Assembly (NCBI GenBank): GCA_976551045.1
Contig: CDPCPM010000007.1
Coordinates: 15,562,001-15,626,000, forward strand
Length of the DNA: 64,000 nt
Reading direction: 5' to 3'
Origin: Glaucostegus cemiculus
Taxonomy: Eukaryota
The notes under the pieces were generated by a model that was not told where the DNA came from, did not search any database, and worked only from the letters and a program-made list of their open reading frames with translations. Numbering within the stretch: the stretch's first letter is position 1; every line of letters begins with the position of its first letter. This document shows, piece after piece, positions 1 to 13,760 of this stretch. A program made the position numbers and the translations under genes.

Positions 1-649
1 AAGATTTAAGATTTGGCTCTTCACAGTAATCAAAGCATTAACTTGGCCAAAAGACAAACTTTTTCCATTTCCATGTGGCATTTCAACTCATTACTCGTCT
101 TGTTTTACTTCGGCAGTGGAAAATTATGTGCTGACAAACCAAATATTGTTCTGAATGGGATTCTCTATTCAACAGTTCTTGTTAACCACTTTACAATATT
201 AAACCAGGTACTGATGGCATCAGAAGTGAGAGTGTCCAGGCCCTCCTTGAACAATCCAAAATGTCAACATGCTGCATGTCAGTCAGCTTTTTTCTTGGGA
301 GAATAGAAGCTGACGATCTGTGAGGAACTCATCAACAGACTTGAGAGAAAAAAGGAATGGAACAAAGTGAATGATACTAAAATGCCCACAGAAACCTGAG
401 AGAAATCAGGTATCCCACAGAGCAATTAAAAGGAAAACAGCAGACAGTTAACTGGCTCATGTTGTATTAACGTAACGTAATGGGGGAGAAACAAATATAA
501 TAACAAATAAAAATAGAGGGAAGAGTGAACATCGGAATACTCAAGCTAAGGGCAGAAGATAAGACAGCAGGCCAGGAATCAGCTGGCTGACAAGGATATC
601 CTGCCCTGCCAGCACTTTGCAAGATCTGCATCTTGGGGAAAAAAAAAGA

Positions 650-1020
650 AAGATGTGGATTTATACATCACCTTTCATGTCCCTGTCAGAGCTTCCAAAA
701 ATGCCTTACAGCCAGTGAAGTACTTTTGAATTTTTACCATTGCAATTTGAGCACAGCAAAATCCCATAAAGAGTAGTGTTGTTATAAACCATTTTTTGAT
801 GTTGTTTCAGGGACAAATATTATCCTTCAGAAGGACCTTACAAGTGATCTTTCGCATCCATCTGAGAGTGTAGATGGCACCATGGTTTAGCCTCTCACGG
901 GAAAATTGGCACCTCCAACAGTGCGGCACTCTGGAATTTTCATGCTGAAGGCTCTAGAGTGGAACTTACTCCCAGACTGATTCTGACAGAGTACAAAATG
1001 TTGTCAATTGAAGTTCAGCA
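650..1020 (-). mobile_element. Degenerate Deu-domain SINE (SacSINE1/AmnSINE1-like)
   Basis: Contains 'ggcacctccaacagtgcggcactc' and 'catccatctgagagtgtagatggcacc', resembling the Deu-SINE core in reverse, and a reverse 3' tail 'atttatacatcacctttcat...ttacagccagtgaagtacttttgaa'. Recognised from memory, not by search. Confidence 0.6.
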
Positions 1021-1615
1021 CCTGATATACCACACCAGACAATGACTTTGCTTAATATCTATAGTCTTTAGTTACACAACTCTTAAGTTAGTTTTACAAC
1101 TTCTAAACATCACTACTTTGCATTCAGATGTTACCCATTCTAGATGATCGTGGCCAGGGTTCAATGCAGTGAGCTTTTCCCCAGGTTCCTGGCACAGGGT
1201 CTTCTTCTGTGATAGTTATTCTCCAGAGTTATTGCTCCTGGTCATCCTGTGAGGCACCTTTTTACACACCTACTTTACATACTTCCTAAGCATTGCTTTG
1301 ATCTTAATGCCAGTTGCGTGGCTATAAGTCAACTCCTTTTCCATATATGGACTTCTTTCTTTCATTTCTTCAAATTCCTGCTAGCACTGTTCCATCATCA
1401 CTTCAACCATCACTCCTGTAATTATCAGGACGTCTGTTCGTAGTGAAACATCTTTATCTGTTCCCAGGATCAGTTCGCAGAGCTGTGTTGGCACAACTCA
1501 AATTTCTCACATGACTGTGCCCTTTTTGTTCTGCTACTCACTACAAAATTACAGTTCCATCTCCTGACCAACCCCCCCCTAAAAAATATCAACATTTTCA
1601 TTTTGACTTCTCACT

Positions 1616-1923
1616 GGACGGCACGGTAGCACAGTGGTTAGCACAATGCTTTACAGCGCCAGTGACCCGGGTTCAAATCCGGCCACTGTCTGTAAGTAGT
1701 TTGTACGTTCTCCCCGTGTCTGTGTGGGTTTCCTCTAGGTGATCCGGTTTCCTCCCAAATTCCAAAGATGTACAGGTTAGGAAGTTATGGGTATGCTATG
1801 TTGGCGCTGGAAGCGTGGCGACACTTGCAGTCTGCTCCCCAAAATCACTACGCAAAAGATGTATTTCAATGTGTGTTTCGATGTACATGTGACTAATAAA
1901 GATCTTACCTTCTCTTACCTTAC
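1616..1923 (+). mobile_element. tRNA-derived V-SINE, tail type B (Rex1-like 3' end)
   Basis: Pol III-like head 'ggcacggtagcacagtggttagc...ccgggttcaaatccgg', V-core 'ttgtacgttctccccgtgtctgtgtgggtttcctc...ccggtttcctccca', tail 'gatgtacatgtgactaataaa' and a short (cttac)n-like end. Confidence 0.9.
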
Positions 1924-1959
1924 TTCTGTTGAAGATGAGATCTAAAGTTAATATCAGAA

Positions 1960-2510
1960 TTTTTTTTTGATGCTATCACTGAAGTCTGCAAGGTGCCTCA
2001 TAAAACCAGGGAGCAACTTCCGGAAAATCATGAGGAATGGTCAAAATGGAGAAAAATGTTGTGAAAAGAAATGGAGGAAAATGAAAATGCTACTCACCTA
2101 GTTTGTGTTAGGTTTCCCAATACAGAGGCAACCAGCAGTAAGCATGGGACATAAATTTCCATTTCATAAGGACAATATGTTTGGATTACGGATAGTTGTT
2201 TAAAAGAAGTTGATTGGACAGGTAGAATATCTACTGCACTTGCTTTGGAAGCTACCAAGGATAGAAAAGTAGGTGGTATAATTTATGGAAGAGTTTCACC
2301 AGGGAGCTTCAGAGAAAACAAACCCTGCAAACAGCAGCAAGGGAAGGGATAGACATATTTGATAGTGGGATCATATTTAGTGGTGGGAACAGAACTTTTG
2401 AAATATTTTCTGTCATCTTCTAGATCACCAGCCTTTAATGAGTGCTTGGGAAAATGATGAAAAATGATCTGGTGAATATGATGGCTGGCAGGCTAGAAGA
2501 TGAAAAATAT
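1960..2510 (-). mobile_element. Highly degenerate Penelope-like element body
   Basis: Minus strand near 2100-2140 reads GCLCIGK, resembling the GLLYIGET GIY-YIG motif. The neighbourhood resembles the Penelope remnant at 36.4-36.8 kb. Confidence 0.4.
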
Positions 2511-2514
2511 TTCA

Positions 2515-2600
2515 AAAGCTCTGCTTCTCTCTCCACTGATGCTGTCTGACCTGCTGAGCAATACCAACGTTTAAGGTTTCCAGCATCTGCAGTTTTTTTT
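2515..2600 (-). mobile_element. Penelope terminal-repeat fragment
   Basis: 'ctctctccactgatgctgtctgacctgctgagc...tttccagcatctgcagtttt' is the reverse complement of the unit at 62667-62755. Confidence 0.75.
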
Positions 2601-4029
2601 TAACACCAACTCATAAAGAGGAATATTCAGCAAGTGCTGTAGGAAGCCAGACTATATTGTTGAAGATGAAAAATTTCACCAGATGGCAGAATGTGAAGAT
2701 AGAAATTGAACTGAAAGATGAAGGGAAAGAGGAACTATACAGTCATGAGAATAAGGGATAACTGAGGCTGGTAGGCTAGGATTCAGTAAAATGTTTAACA
2801 TATCAGAAGAGTCACTGATGTTAGTAGGTAGAAATTGGACAAGGGATAACAAAATAGTGCCAGTAAGATGATGTGAGTCAATGGGAGAAGAACATACGGG
2901 ACAAGCAGCATGGCCTTTTTGTGGAAAGTAGGTGTGCACTAACCTACTTGGATGGTATTTTGTTTCTTGTACCTTTAACTCTGTATCAGCAGCAGCCATG
3001 TTGGGATTGCAGCAGTCTCAGTAGGCTGTGTCATTTCGAATGTCTGCAGCTCACATAGCCAAATGATTCTATCCCGATATGATAGGTTGCAAATCCTTTT
3101 TTGTCTTAAGTTCTCATTTCACTTCTACGCAGTACTGAAATTTTGCCACTAGCTTTGTTTACAGGGCAAAACATAGCAAATTCCTGTATGCATTATCATC
3201 ATTTATACTGCAGAATGAGTGAGGAGGAGGCATAGATTTTTCTTGTTAATGTGTTTTCTGTAAGTTGTGACCCTGATTTTTTTTTCGATGGGTTGTATTA
3301 ATTTAGTTGTCAGCTTAACATATTATTTAACCCCAAAAGTAAATGCCAGTGAAATTGGTCAAAATGAAGCATCTTTATTCCCTGTCTCCTTCTTTGTGCA
3401 GCAGTTTGCCAGAATGGAGATATTAGTTTTTTGTGGAACTACTCACTATATGTCAGAGAGATGTCGTTTCACAATAAAATCATTAAGTTTCATGCTCTTA
3501 AAAATGTAGATTGTAAACAAAAGAAAGTATGACCAAATCTCTACATATAAGCACAGTGAAGAGTTGACCGAACAAAATTAGTAAATCATAAATCATTGAG
3601 GCTAAAGCACATCTGAAATAACTTTAATAAAATTGTAAGTGCTGTCAAAAATAAGAGACAGAGCAAAACTCAGAGTGCTATTGAAAAGCAATGACCCCTG
3701 CAATTTTGTTGTAACCACTAAGTTATGATTAACTTTACTGTATATCCATTTTTAAGTTAGCCTGGAATTGCAACCTGATTTATGGTATACATATATGTTT
3801 GTATGTAAATTCATCTTGCTAGCATAATCTGCACTTACGTGTTTTGCATACATCACATTCAATTATATAGCATGTTCCTCATTGATATGGAGTAGGAATA
3901 TAATATTGATACAATTTAAGATTAGGTGTGCTCCGATGTACTTAAGTACAGTAAAGAATCAAGAACTATTTCCCTAAGGAAATAAATCAATGTAATTTGT
4001 ACATGTAAGCATAGTATTGGTGATTGAAT

Positions 4030-4330
4030 CCAGAGCTACTGGATATAATCTCAGAATATAGGGTCAGCCATCTAAGACTAGGATGAGAAGGAATTTCTTC
4101 CCTCAGAGGGCTGACAATCTTTGGACTTCTGGACCTCAGATGTTGAATCATTAAGTATATTCAAGAGCAAGGGAGATGGATTTTAGTCCAGGGAGAATAA
4201 AGAGTTCGAGGTATGAGGCAGCATAATGAATGGTGGTCAGTGATCTGAGCAGTTGTGATCTTAATGACTAGCAATGGAGGTTGAAAGCACTGGATGGCCA
4301 TTATTTATTTTGTTCTTATGCTCTTATGTA
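4030..4330 (+). mobile_element. CR1 LINE 3' fragment
   Basis: 'aagactaggatgagaaggaatttcttccctcagaggg' (decayed ...RRNFFPQR motif of the CR1 ORF2 end), followed by a 3' UTR ending 'gttcttatgctcttatg'. Confidence 0.8.
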
Positions 4331-7300
4331 AAGTGGAAGCTAAGGTGTTTTGTGTTGGAGACATTAGCATCATTGCTTTCTCCATTTACATTGATTTCTT
4401 GGAATTTCATTCATGTTCTTTTTTTTTCATTCATGTTCTACATTGATTATATAAATATGTATACCAGAAAAAAATCCTGCACCACTGGCATTGATTCAAC
4501 TAATGGTTATTCCTGTATTCGTCCCTTAAGGTGTAAAGGGGTTATTTTATGCAACAAATGCTTAAGTAATTTGACAGACATTTGTTAGTCAAAGAAATTG
4601 ATGTGCCACATTGCCCATAGAATAACATAATTTAACTCAATTCACTGCAAATAAATGAAATGTAATGAACATAAGACATGATTATGTGCGGTTTATGGTA
4701 ATTTGGACCATCACTATGGTTGGTTTTGGTGCAGTTTGAATAATTTCCTGAGTCTGCCTTACTTTCATGTATTAAATATTTTCTTGTATTTTCTGCTGTT
4801 CAATTAACAAGAAATTAAAAAAAAATCTATCTGAACATATTAACAAATATGTTTAGCTGTCAATTCTTGTTAAGTGAATATTTTCTTGGCCCAGTTTCAT
4901 ATTTCTATTTCAATTACATGCAAGCATGTTGTGTCCTGCATGACTGGTGGAGTCTGTGTTATCATTAGACTTTTCACCCAATTACAGCAGGGACTAGTTT
5001 CTGAATCCCAACTGCACTCTCCCCCTTTTGCTCTTCCTTTACTCATGTAATTACTTTTTTAGCCATTGTCAGCAATTATTTGAATTATTCCCTTATTCTA
5101 ACAACAAGTTGGTAATTTCTGGAGTTATAATATAACAATTGTACTCACTGGCCAAAGTCCTCCACTTACTAATAATGAATAACAGCAAGGGATATGAAAT
5201 ACCTTTGTAGTTGTTTCAAAAAACTTAAATCATTGAGCAAATGACTGAAACATAATTAATAAAACTGTTATCATCCATTTCTGAAAGTAATTATATTTAT
5301 TTTTGAGTTATTTCTATCTGAGTCAAAAATGCATTGGAATATTAGCTAAGAATGCTGACTTTGAGTCTGAGTTCCTCAAATGAATATAATGATCAAATAA
5401 CAAATATATTTTGAGTCTCTTTACCACAAGCTTGATGTTCCTACTGATTTTATTAAGTATTACAATAAACAAAACACAATATATATTTTCAAAGTGTATA
5501 ATTTTTTACATTTCTATTTTGGATAGAGGTTGATGAATTGTATCTCTCCTGTGCATGGATAAGCCAGCTGACTGTTGAAGCAGCTTATATGAGCAAATCC
5601 AGAAATCATCATTTCAAGAAAATCACTTCCCTTCTATATTCTCTCCAGTCATGCTTGTATGAAACCTGCCCTCGTATGATGATAGTTCAGTGGAATTGAC
5701 TGATTTATTTTCATTCAATGTCCCACCAAAATTGCAACCAGTTCATGGACAATTGTTTCCCCAATAATAAAGGTGCCATTTTTTTATTGGGTATAACTGG
5801 ACAAAATTATGACAAACTACATGCGGATAGAATCTATTTTATTCTCCCTATGCATACTCATAAAGGATTTCTTTTAATTTGAAAATGTCCTATAAAACAG
5901 CAGATACAGTGACAGTTATTAAGATTCCCACAAAAGGTAAAAGATTTAAATAATAAACACTCAGTATATGCTCCAACAATTCTGAAGTATAGGCCTCTTT
6001 AAAATAAAATCACAGTATAACATAACATGACTAAATTGACACAATGAAAGATCTTATAAATAATACAGAGTGGGCCATTTTATCCATCATCCAATTGAGA
6101 ACATGCTTTATATTTTTATTTTCTTCGCATATAATTTGTTTGAATAGTAAACTCACTTACTGCTATTGCTGCATTGTATATTCTCAAATCTATCCATTAA
6201 GTTATCATTTTTTCTTTGAATCATTAACATGATATAATGTATAAGTTATATATAATTTGATTTTATTAAAACACAATTCAAGCATATATTATTTGGAATA
6301 CATGTATGCCATTACTTTTTAAAATGCAAATTATGATATAGATAAATCCTATCAAAGGCCCATCCTGCTATATTCAAATGAACATCAAATGAGTTCTGAG
6401 CTCCTGACTTTGACAAATTGCAGATGGCTTTTGTTCATTAACAGGGTTGCAAATGTTTATTTAAATGCAATTTACTGTTGCATTATTGATTAGCTGATGA
6501 GAAATTATCTGATAAGAAACATGCGTGGCAAGAAAGTCAGATGTTTTGTTCAGAGAGGAGCACTACTTATTGGAGCCTGTGAGGCATGGGTATAGGCTGT
6601 GGTTGCAACAGACAACAACACTCAAAACAACATTTAGTTTAAATGCAAAATTAAGAAAAATGTCTCCGGATTAATTTCATTATTACATTGCACAATTTGC
6701 CTGTGATCATCAATGTCGGTTTAAATAGTTCTAGGACTGAAAGGTGGTATAAATGGATGGATTCATTTCTACTTAATTGATGATTTATAAAGTAAGGCTT
6801 AATGAAGCAATACCAAATAACTAATTTAGGGCAACTTTGCAATGAGACACAAATATGACCTTGAATAAATTCTTTATAATTTTATTTGTTATTCTTTTGT
6901 CTAAAGGATTATGAAAGTCATATAATGAGGCAACGTTGTATATGCATCATTAGCAGGCTGAGCTAAGAACTCATGGACAGCCAATTATGGTCAAAATCAC
7001 AAGTGAGCTATGGAACATGTGTTCTGTTTATGCCATATTTCAATTAAATAATTCAAATGAAAAATAGTAAGAGTTAGATGTACATTTTAATTTTAAATGG
7101 GAACTAAATTGATGCATAGATTGTGTACTGACTCAAGTAACACCATTATGGAAAATGTATTCTTCATGGTGCCATTTATTCTCAATTATGATACTGCCTT
7201 GCTGACATGGGAAAAATATTTTATGGGCATAATGCCAGGACAAGTGGTATAATGCTTGATTTTACACAGGGCATATTGCAATTCTAATTGCCTACCAGGT

Positions 7301-8177
7301 TTGGAAGCACCACAATTGGTCCTGGGAATACAATATATTTATTGGAAGCTCAGTTTGAGTGCTTGAATATAAAATTGGCAAAGAAGAGTAACACATACCA
7401 CATACTATAAACTTTATGTCATAAAGACATATATAATGCAGTAACACAGTAATGAGTAGTCATGATACCACACTAAGTGCAGACAATTTTCCATACAGTA
7501 GAGTGTACCCACCTCTCTACTGATGCCTTTGAGCAGACATACAAAACATGCTATTATGTCAAAGGTAATGTTGAGACCAGTGCACATTTTATTTAAGGTT
7601 GTGAGAAATCAGAGTGAATGGCTGCTGAAAGTTTCACACCTCAGATTATTTCTGAGAGGGGCACCCTTTTCTGGAAACCATTTGATTGAAAATATGTACA
7701 TTCACCTTCCCTTCTATAAATGGGCTGTTATATTCAAAGGAAAAAACAGTACAAAGCTAGTCATGAATATACTATTAGATTTCTTTTAAACTATCAGTCA
7801 ATTGTAATGGAGATATCACTGAACCAGACGCTTCTTTATGAAGTGAAAGGAGAAACTGAATAGTAATATACATTATGTTTATTTACATACTTGAATGCAT
7901 AGTTATGTATGTAATATATAGGTAATTATGCATTTGTTGAGATGGTCTGGATGATTTCTTATTGTTCTTCATCATCTGAAGCACAGCAGCTTTAAAGATA
8001 CAGATAGCATCGGAAACCAAAAGCTTGTTATTCCATGATGAGAAGTTTTTACTCCCAGTGAGAGTTGCATTGATGAGTAATGTGTGCCATAATCAATCAT
8101 GTTGGACTCCCCTTGTGATGCACCACCATCATCAGTTCACTGTACCCCACAACTTTGAGAAAACTTTCTGGGCTTAG

Positions 8178-9110
8178 GAAATATAAGAAATAGAAGCAAA
8201 AGTGGCCCATTCAGGCCATTGAGCCTGCTGAACCAATCAGATAGATCTTAGCTGATCATTTTGTTCAACACCACCTTTCCAAACAAGCCCCTCTATCCCG
8301 TCGATTCACTTAATAACCATGGTGCTTGGAAGTAGAGAATTTAAAAACTCAAAATCATCTGAACAAAGGCATTTCTTCTCATTTCAGTGGTAAATGGCTG
8401 ATGCTTTTTAAAAACTGAGACTGCAATTCATAGTTCTAGACTCTTCAGTTAGAAAAAGCACACCTACCCCTCCCCAGCACCTCCACTGCCTCACCCCTTA
8501 AGAATTTTGAGTTTTAATGAGAATTCCTCTCATCTCAGAAATCAGTTTATTGAATTTTTATTGTGATCCCTTTATGATAAGTATGGTGTTCCTAAGGTAA
8601 AGAAGACAAAACAATACACAGAATTCCAAGTGAAGTCTCACCAACACCCTTTATAATGGCAGAAAGACTTGATTAGTGTTTACTCCAATCATTTTTATAA
8701 TAAACCTGACATAAGCATTTACTTTCCTAATTACCTTCCACAGTAAATTTCTATAATTTGTTTATAAAAGACATCTATTTTAAAAATTCTCTTTTAAAGA
8801 ATATCTTTTTTTATTTTGTTAACAGCAGGATAATTTCATATTTCCCTCATTCTCTTCCAACTCCCACAATTTTGCTTACTTTATTTACCCTCTAATCTCT
8901 TTACATCCTCCTCATAGCTTACTTTCCCAGTTATCTTTGTATCATTAGCAAATCTGAATACATTATGTATGGTTACCTCATCTAAGTCATTGCTGTAGAT
9001 AGTACTATAGCCAAGGCCCAGGCATTGATCCCTAAAATGACCCGTTTATTCCCACACTCCATTTTTCTGACCATTAATCAACCTGCAATCCACATAACTT
9101 TTTCTACAAA
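8178..9110 (-). mobile_element. Degenerate CR1 LINE 3' fragment
   Basis: Reverse CR1 tail 'atataagaaatagaagcaaaagtggcccattcaggcc...gagcctgct', internal 'ccaagtgaagtctcacc' and 'tttgtatcattagcaaat' (reverse of a FANDT/FADDT RT motif). Confidence 0.75.
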
Positions 9111-10448
9111 ACCTTTATAAATTATTTTTTGAAAATTCAAAGTAATTAAAGTTTGTGCATTTAATGACTTTGTTTTTTTAATGTTTTAATTAATTACTTG
9201 ATCTAGTTTAAATTATAGATAAATTATATTAAGTGTTCACCCCATCACATCTTCTTATGCTTTGAAATAACTTAATTTTTTTTCCACTGGTTCTTTAATA
9301 GACTGCGCTTTCCTACTGACTTGCTCTTGGATCTTGTCATGAAGGTGTGGAATTTGATGACCATTTAACTCTAGAGAGTGTACTAATGTGAAAAGATACA
9401 AAGGTGTTATTACATGCCAGTGTGACCAATAACTGAAAATGGTTACAATCCCTGCTCACAAAAATTCAGGGCGACTTTCATATCTTAACAGATCTATAGT
9501 GTTAGCTGAACCTGCATAAGAGTAATCTAACAATTACTTGAACTGTTCATTCAAAAAAGGGGCAGCATCTCCTACAAGGACCGGTCCATTAATCGGTCTG
9601 CTGTTAATCCAGCCATTGAGAATAACCCACCAGCTCATATGTGTAATTTTCTGCATGTTTAAGTCAATTTTTTATCGAAAAGATTTGTTCAGTGCTGTTT
9701 ATATGTCCCCAGAATATTAAATAACTCCTACCCTTTTAAATTGACTCTGATGCTCCTGTATTCCTCTGCATGTCTTTGTCCTCGTTCTGTTTGACAATGG
9801 TCCTTCCTTGCTATTTAAGAGCACTGGGAATGCTCCTGTGTCATCCAGTGGAAATTTATACATTATTCAGCAAGAAGTACAGATTTTTTGGACATTTCTG
9901 AAAGCTAATTTGATGACATTAAGTGTTACCCATCAATAATGTCTGTAAGGACAAACATACATCTCTGTGGAAATTACCCGGATCATTCTGTTCAGACCTT
10001 GTTATGTTCGTGCAGTTCAATGCCTAATACTTCTGCAGCACTACATGTAGTTTATTCGTCTTAAATCAGATGGAAGGCATGAAATGAAAAGTATGAAGCT
10101 GAGACCAGAAGTTAATAGCAAAAGTTAAAAGTAAACTGAAAACAGAGTGTAGGAAAATAAAAACAGAAAATTAAACAGTAAACTATCAAAGAATGTTCAA
10201 TATTTCAGTGTAAGGGAAGGGGGGAACACTGGGATGTACAGGTGGGCTATGATAGAAAGTCTCATTTAATCAATTTTCCTGCCTTTGTGCCTCTGGCACA
10301 GCCAAGGCCATTGCACAGTGTGACCTTTTATATATGATAAAGCACTGTATGTCCACACGTTTGTGTAAATAAATTTTATTTTATGGTATTTTCTAAAAGA
10401 GAACCTCAAAGAATGGACTGTAATAATTTCTTTTCTCTCCTCTTCCAG

Positions 10449-10603
10449 ATCCATCAATGCAGACCTCCCTTTTTGATCATCAAGGACAGCAGAACAGCCT
10501 GAGTCACAGGCCACTATTCATCATCAGCAGACAGGGATGCACATTTTCAAGATCAGACCATCCAGTTAGTTTTCTTCCCCAAGCTTCACTGGTTGAATAG
10601 CAG
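10449..10603 (+). other. Candidate non-coding internal exon
   Basis: Pyrimidine tract acceptor 'tttcttttctctcctcttccag|' ending at 10448 and donor 'CAG|gttagt' after 10603. All three frames contain stops. Confidence 0.3.
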
Positions 10604-12639
10604 GTTAGTTAGGTTACATTGCTCAGGAACCAATGTCAGTTTGACAACCACAAGAGATATTGGGCTGCCCTCCTCTTTCTTAAGCTGCCAAATATACACA
10701 AACCATTTAAAATGTCACAGATGCAGTGCTAGTAATGTGTAAGCATGTTTCTGCTTCCTTTAATCTTTGTAAATACAGCCAGAAATATTTTGGTTTTGTG
10801 CTCGTCTTATGAGTGAAAATTTTGTCCCTTTTTAACCTACCAATCTGAGGATTCATCTAAATTCTCAAAGATGTTTTGGAAAGGTTGACACCACTATATT
10901 CTTGGTTGAAGAAAGGCAGCAGTTTCTCGGCAGAACAGCAAAATAATTGTCTGATTCCATCTCAATTCATTTTTGAAAATAATGCAGTTATAGTTCTGGT
11001 GATGTTAGAGCCTCTATATAGCTTGCTTTTGTGATGAATCTATTTAATTGCACTGTGTTTAAAAGAGAGATGAAGAACCACTGATCCCCTCCAGTGCTGC
11101 TGCTTTGGGTAGCTACTGTGAGTGTTAATGTGCACCAATTTGTCAACACAAGTCTAACAATGAATTGCAGTTTATCGACAGGTGCACATGAAGCTAAGAA
11201 AGACTGGTCAAAAAGACTCAATAAAAGTGAGTGATAGCCATGCTGAGATGTTAGTTCTTCCTAATTTCCTGTAATAGACTTAGATATTCTGCAAAATTTA
11301 ATTTAAACTAAACCTGCTACGACCTGGTATTTGAGAAGTGTTCCCTGTCTGACTTACTGCAAGTTAAAGACAAGACAGAACTTGCTAATATTCACCAGTG
11401 TTTCACATCGAACCTGAACCATTCACCTCACTGTGTTACTAATGTTGAATTTCCTTCCCTACCATGGCAAAAAAGATCAAGTGCAAATATATAACATTTA
11501 TATTTGTACACCCAGGGTTTCCACAGACCTGAGATTATACATATAATCTTCAAGGACGACAGTAGCATTAATGAGTGCACTCGTGTCATGCTGCCTATTC
11601 ACTGTTCTCCTTGGGGCCCCAAATAATTACTCCACGGTAATATAATTACATTAACAAATGCATAGAACTTTGTGAAGGGAGTAAGGTATATTTAATGGAA
11701 CAGTGTGCTGGTTACGTTTAATATCAGCAATTGTACAATGCAGTTCAACAAAACAACCAAAAGGACCATTGCAATTTATCTGCGTTTAAGATCTTTTGAA
11801 GTAGTTTTACTCTAGTCAAAATAACGTGGTAAGAGTGGAATTCTGCTTTTCAAGCTGCACATAGCAATTTAGGAGAGTTTATTTTTAAATTTTCAAATTA
11901 AATGTGATTATAATTTTTCTTTTAAAATATTTGAAAATTCAACATATTAAAATTAGAATATTTGTTCTTCCATAATATAGTAACCTTAGAGTACATGTTC
12001 TGATATATGGAAAGCAGAACAGAACTTTCACGTTGCTGTATGAAGTCAACCATGTTAGATGCTGGGTGATGTCTAATTGAGAATCATCCCTCAGAACCAT
12101 AGCGCTCATCCTTTTTATTTAGAACCTAAAGGTAATACGAGTCTAATCTTACTCAAAGATAAAAAAAATGTTTGAATTTAGCCTTAAAAACGGCTTTCTC
12201 TACAAAATAGTCATTTACATAGCAGTTTTTTGAATCAAAAGCGATAGTTAACCATAGGCCAAAATACATCCATGCTTTAAAATAGAAACGAGGTTACGTT
12301 TTCTTATTGCACGAATGTTTTTAATGTTCGCCATTTGCTGTAAATATTAACGTTCAGTAAATGCCCAGCTTGAGTTTTACTAGATACAAGCAGCAGGCTG
12401 CAAGGAAAATTTGGGGAATTAACAGGCACTAAACATGAAATGCTTCGCCTGCAGTGTTGCTCTGATCTTGCTGCTTTTTTCCCCTATAACCACAATCATT
12501 TTCAAGAGGTTAATAGGAAAGAAATCCTAGCTGTGACTGTGCACGGGAAACACTTTCAGGTATGGTATGAGCTAAGGCTTCTTAAAGACTACATAAAAGT
12601 TGTTGCTTGAAGTCAAACGAAGTCTCCAACACCAGTGCA

Positions 12640-13760
12640 TTTGCGCTATGAAAGTGACACGCGTGCAAAAAAGGAAAAGTAACGCTGGAGGGGGGAGAAA
12701 AAAAACCCTCTCACGTTTGCATTGAAATGTTCGATGCAGCGGGTCACGTTAATACTGGGAGACTTGACGCTCCTTCCGAGTCCATGGGGGAGGTGGACAA
12801 CAGCTGTTTCTCAGTTCCGTTATTATCCCTGGCTGCTTTGGCTGAAGCTGATTTGATGAAAGTCAAATATTACATTGCTGATGATTATGTGATGACAGGA
12901 ATTTACCTACTAAATTAATCCTGTGGGCTGTTGATTTTTGATTAATTTCTCTCCGGCCACGCGTTCAGGCTGCACGGCATTAATCTGCTGGGACTGCGCC
13001 AAATATCTGGGGGATGGGCTCCCATTACCAAGAAGAAAGGGAAGGAAAAGGATAGCCTTTATGCCACTTTGAAGGAATTCGAGATATTGCTGAGCATTTG
13101 CAACCTTTGTATTTGCACAGCCTCTCTTTTAATATATTATCGCTGTCTGCTCTGGATTTAAAGTCTTATTGTGAGCATTCATCTTCCAATTTCACTAAAT
13201 TAGTGCTAGCTGATATTGTTGCATATTAAACAGAGCTCTGAGCGCCCTTGGAGGATGCTGCGACCGAGGGCTCTGATTTTCAACCATTAATTTTATGGGA
13301 CAGAAGAGAGAGGTGCTATTTCCCCAGTGACCTCTCACAGGGAACTCTATCAATTCTGGGCGGAGCTGCAATGCTAATCTGCTCTTTGAATGCTGGAAGT
13401 ACCACCATCCCACCTCCCATTCATCGTCATCTCCACAAATGTGTGTTTGAAAAACAGTAATGGTTAATATTCCAGGAGCGCTGCTTAGTGAGAATATTAC
13501 AATACATCTATGTTTATGCTGTAAATCATATCAGATCTAATATGTCCCAGCCTTTCCATATGAGTGAAGCAGACTTTTGATGCACCGTTCAACCACAAAC
13601 AGGCTGTGACTCAGGCAAAAACAAACATGGATGCTGTACTGCAGCCCTGTGTTAAATCTGTGGAGAGATGTTAGCCCTGCTGTAACTCCAGGATTTCCAA
13701 TAAACTGCCGCACGCTGCCTTTCTTCTAATGGCAAAGGGGAAGAAAAACGGGACTGAGAA
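12640..13760. promoter_or_regulatory. Candidate conserved non-coding element / enhancer cluster
   Basis: Unique, repeat-free sequence with visibly more CpG than the flanks and many TAAT/ATTA and TGAT motifs (e.g. 'ttgattaatttc', 'cattaatctgctgg', 'ccattaattttatgg'). Conservation itself not tested. Confidence 0.5.

Noticed and set aside
1621-1690. tRNA gene
   Set aside because: The tRNA-like sequence runs directly into the SINE core and lacks a proper acceptor stem. The same applies to the other SINE heads.
2676-2689. CTCF-like 'tcaccagatggcag'
   Set aside because: A single imperfect motif in probably repeat-derived sequence is expected by chance in 64 kb.
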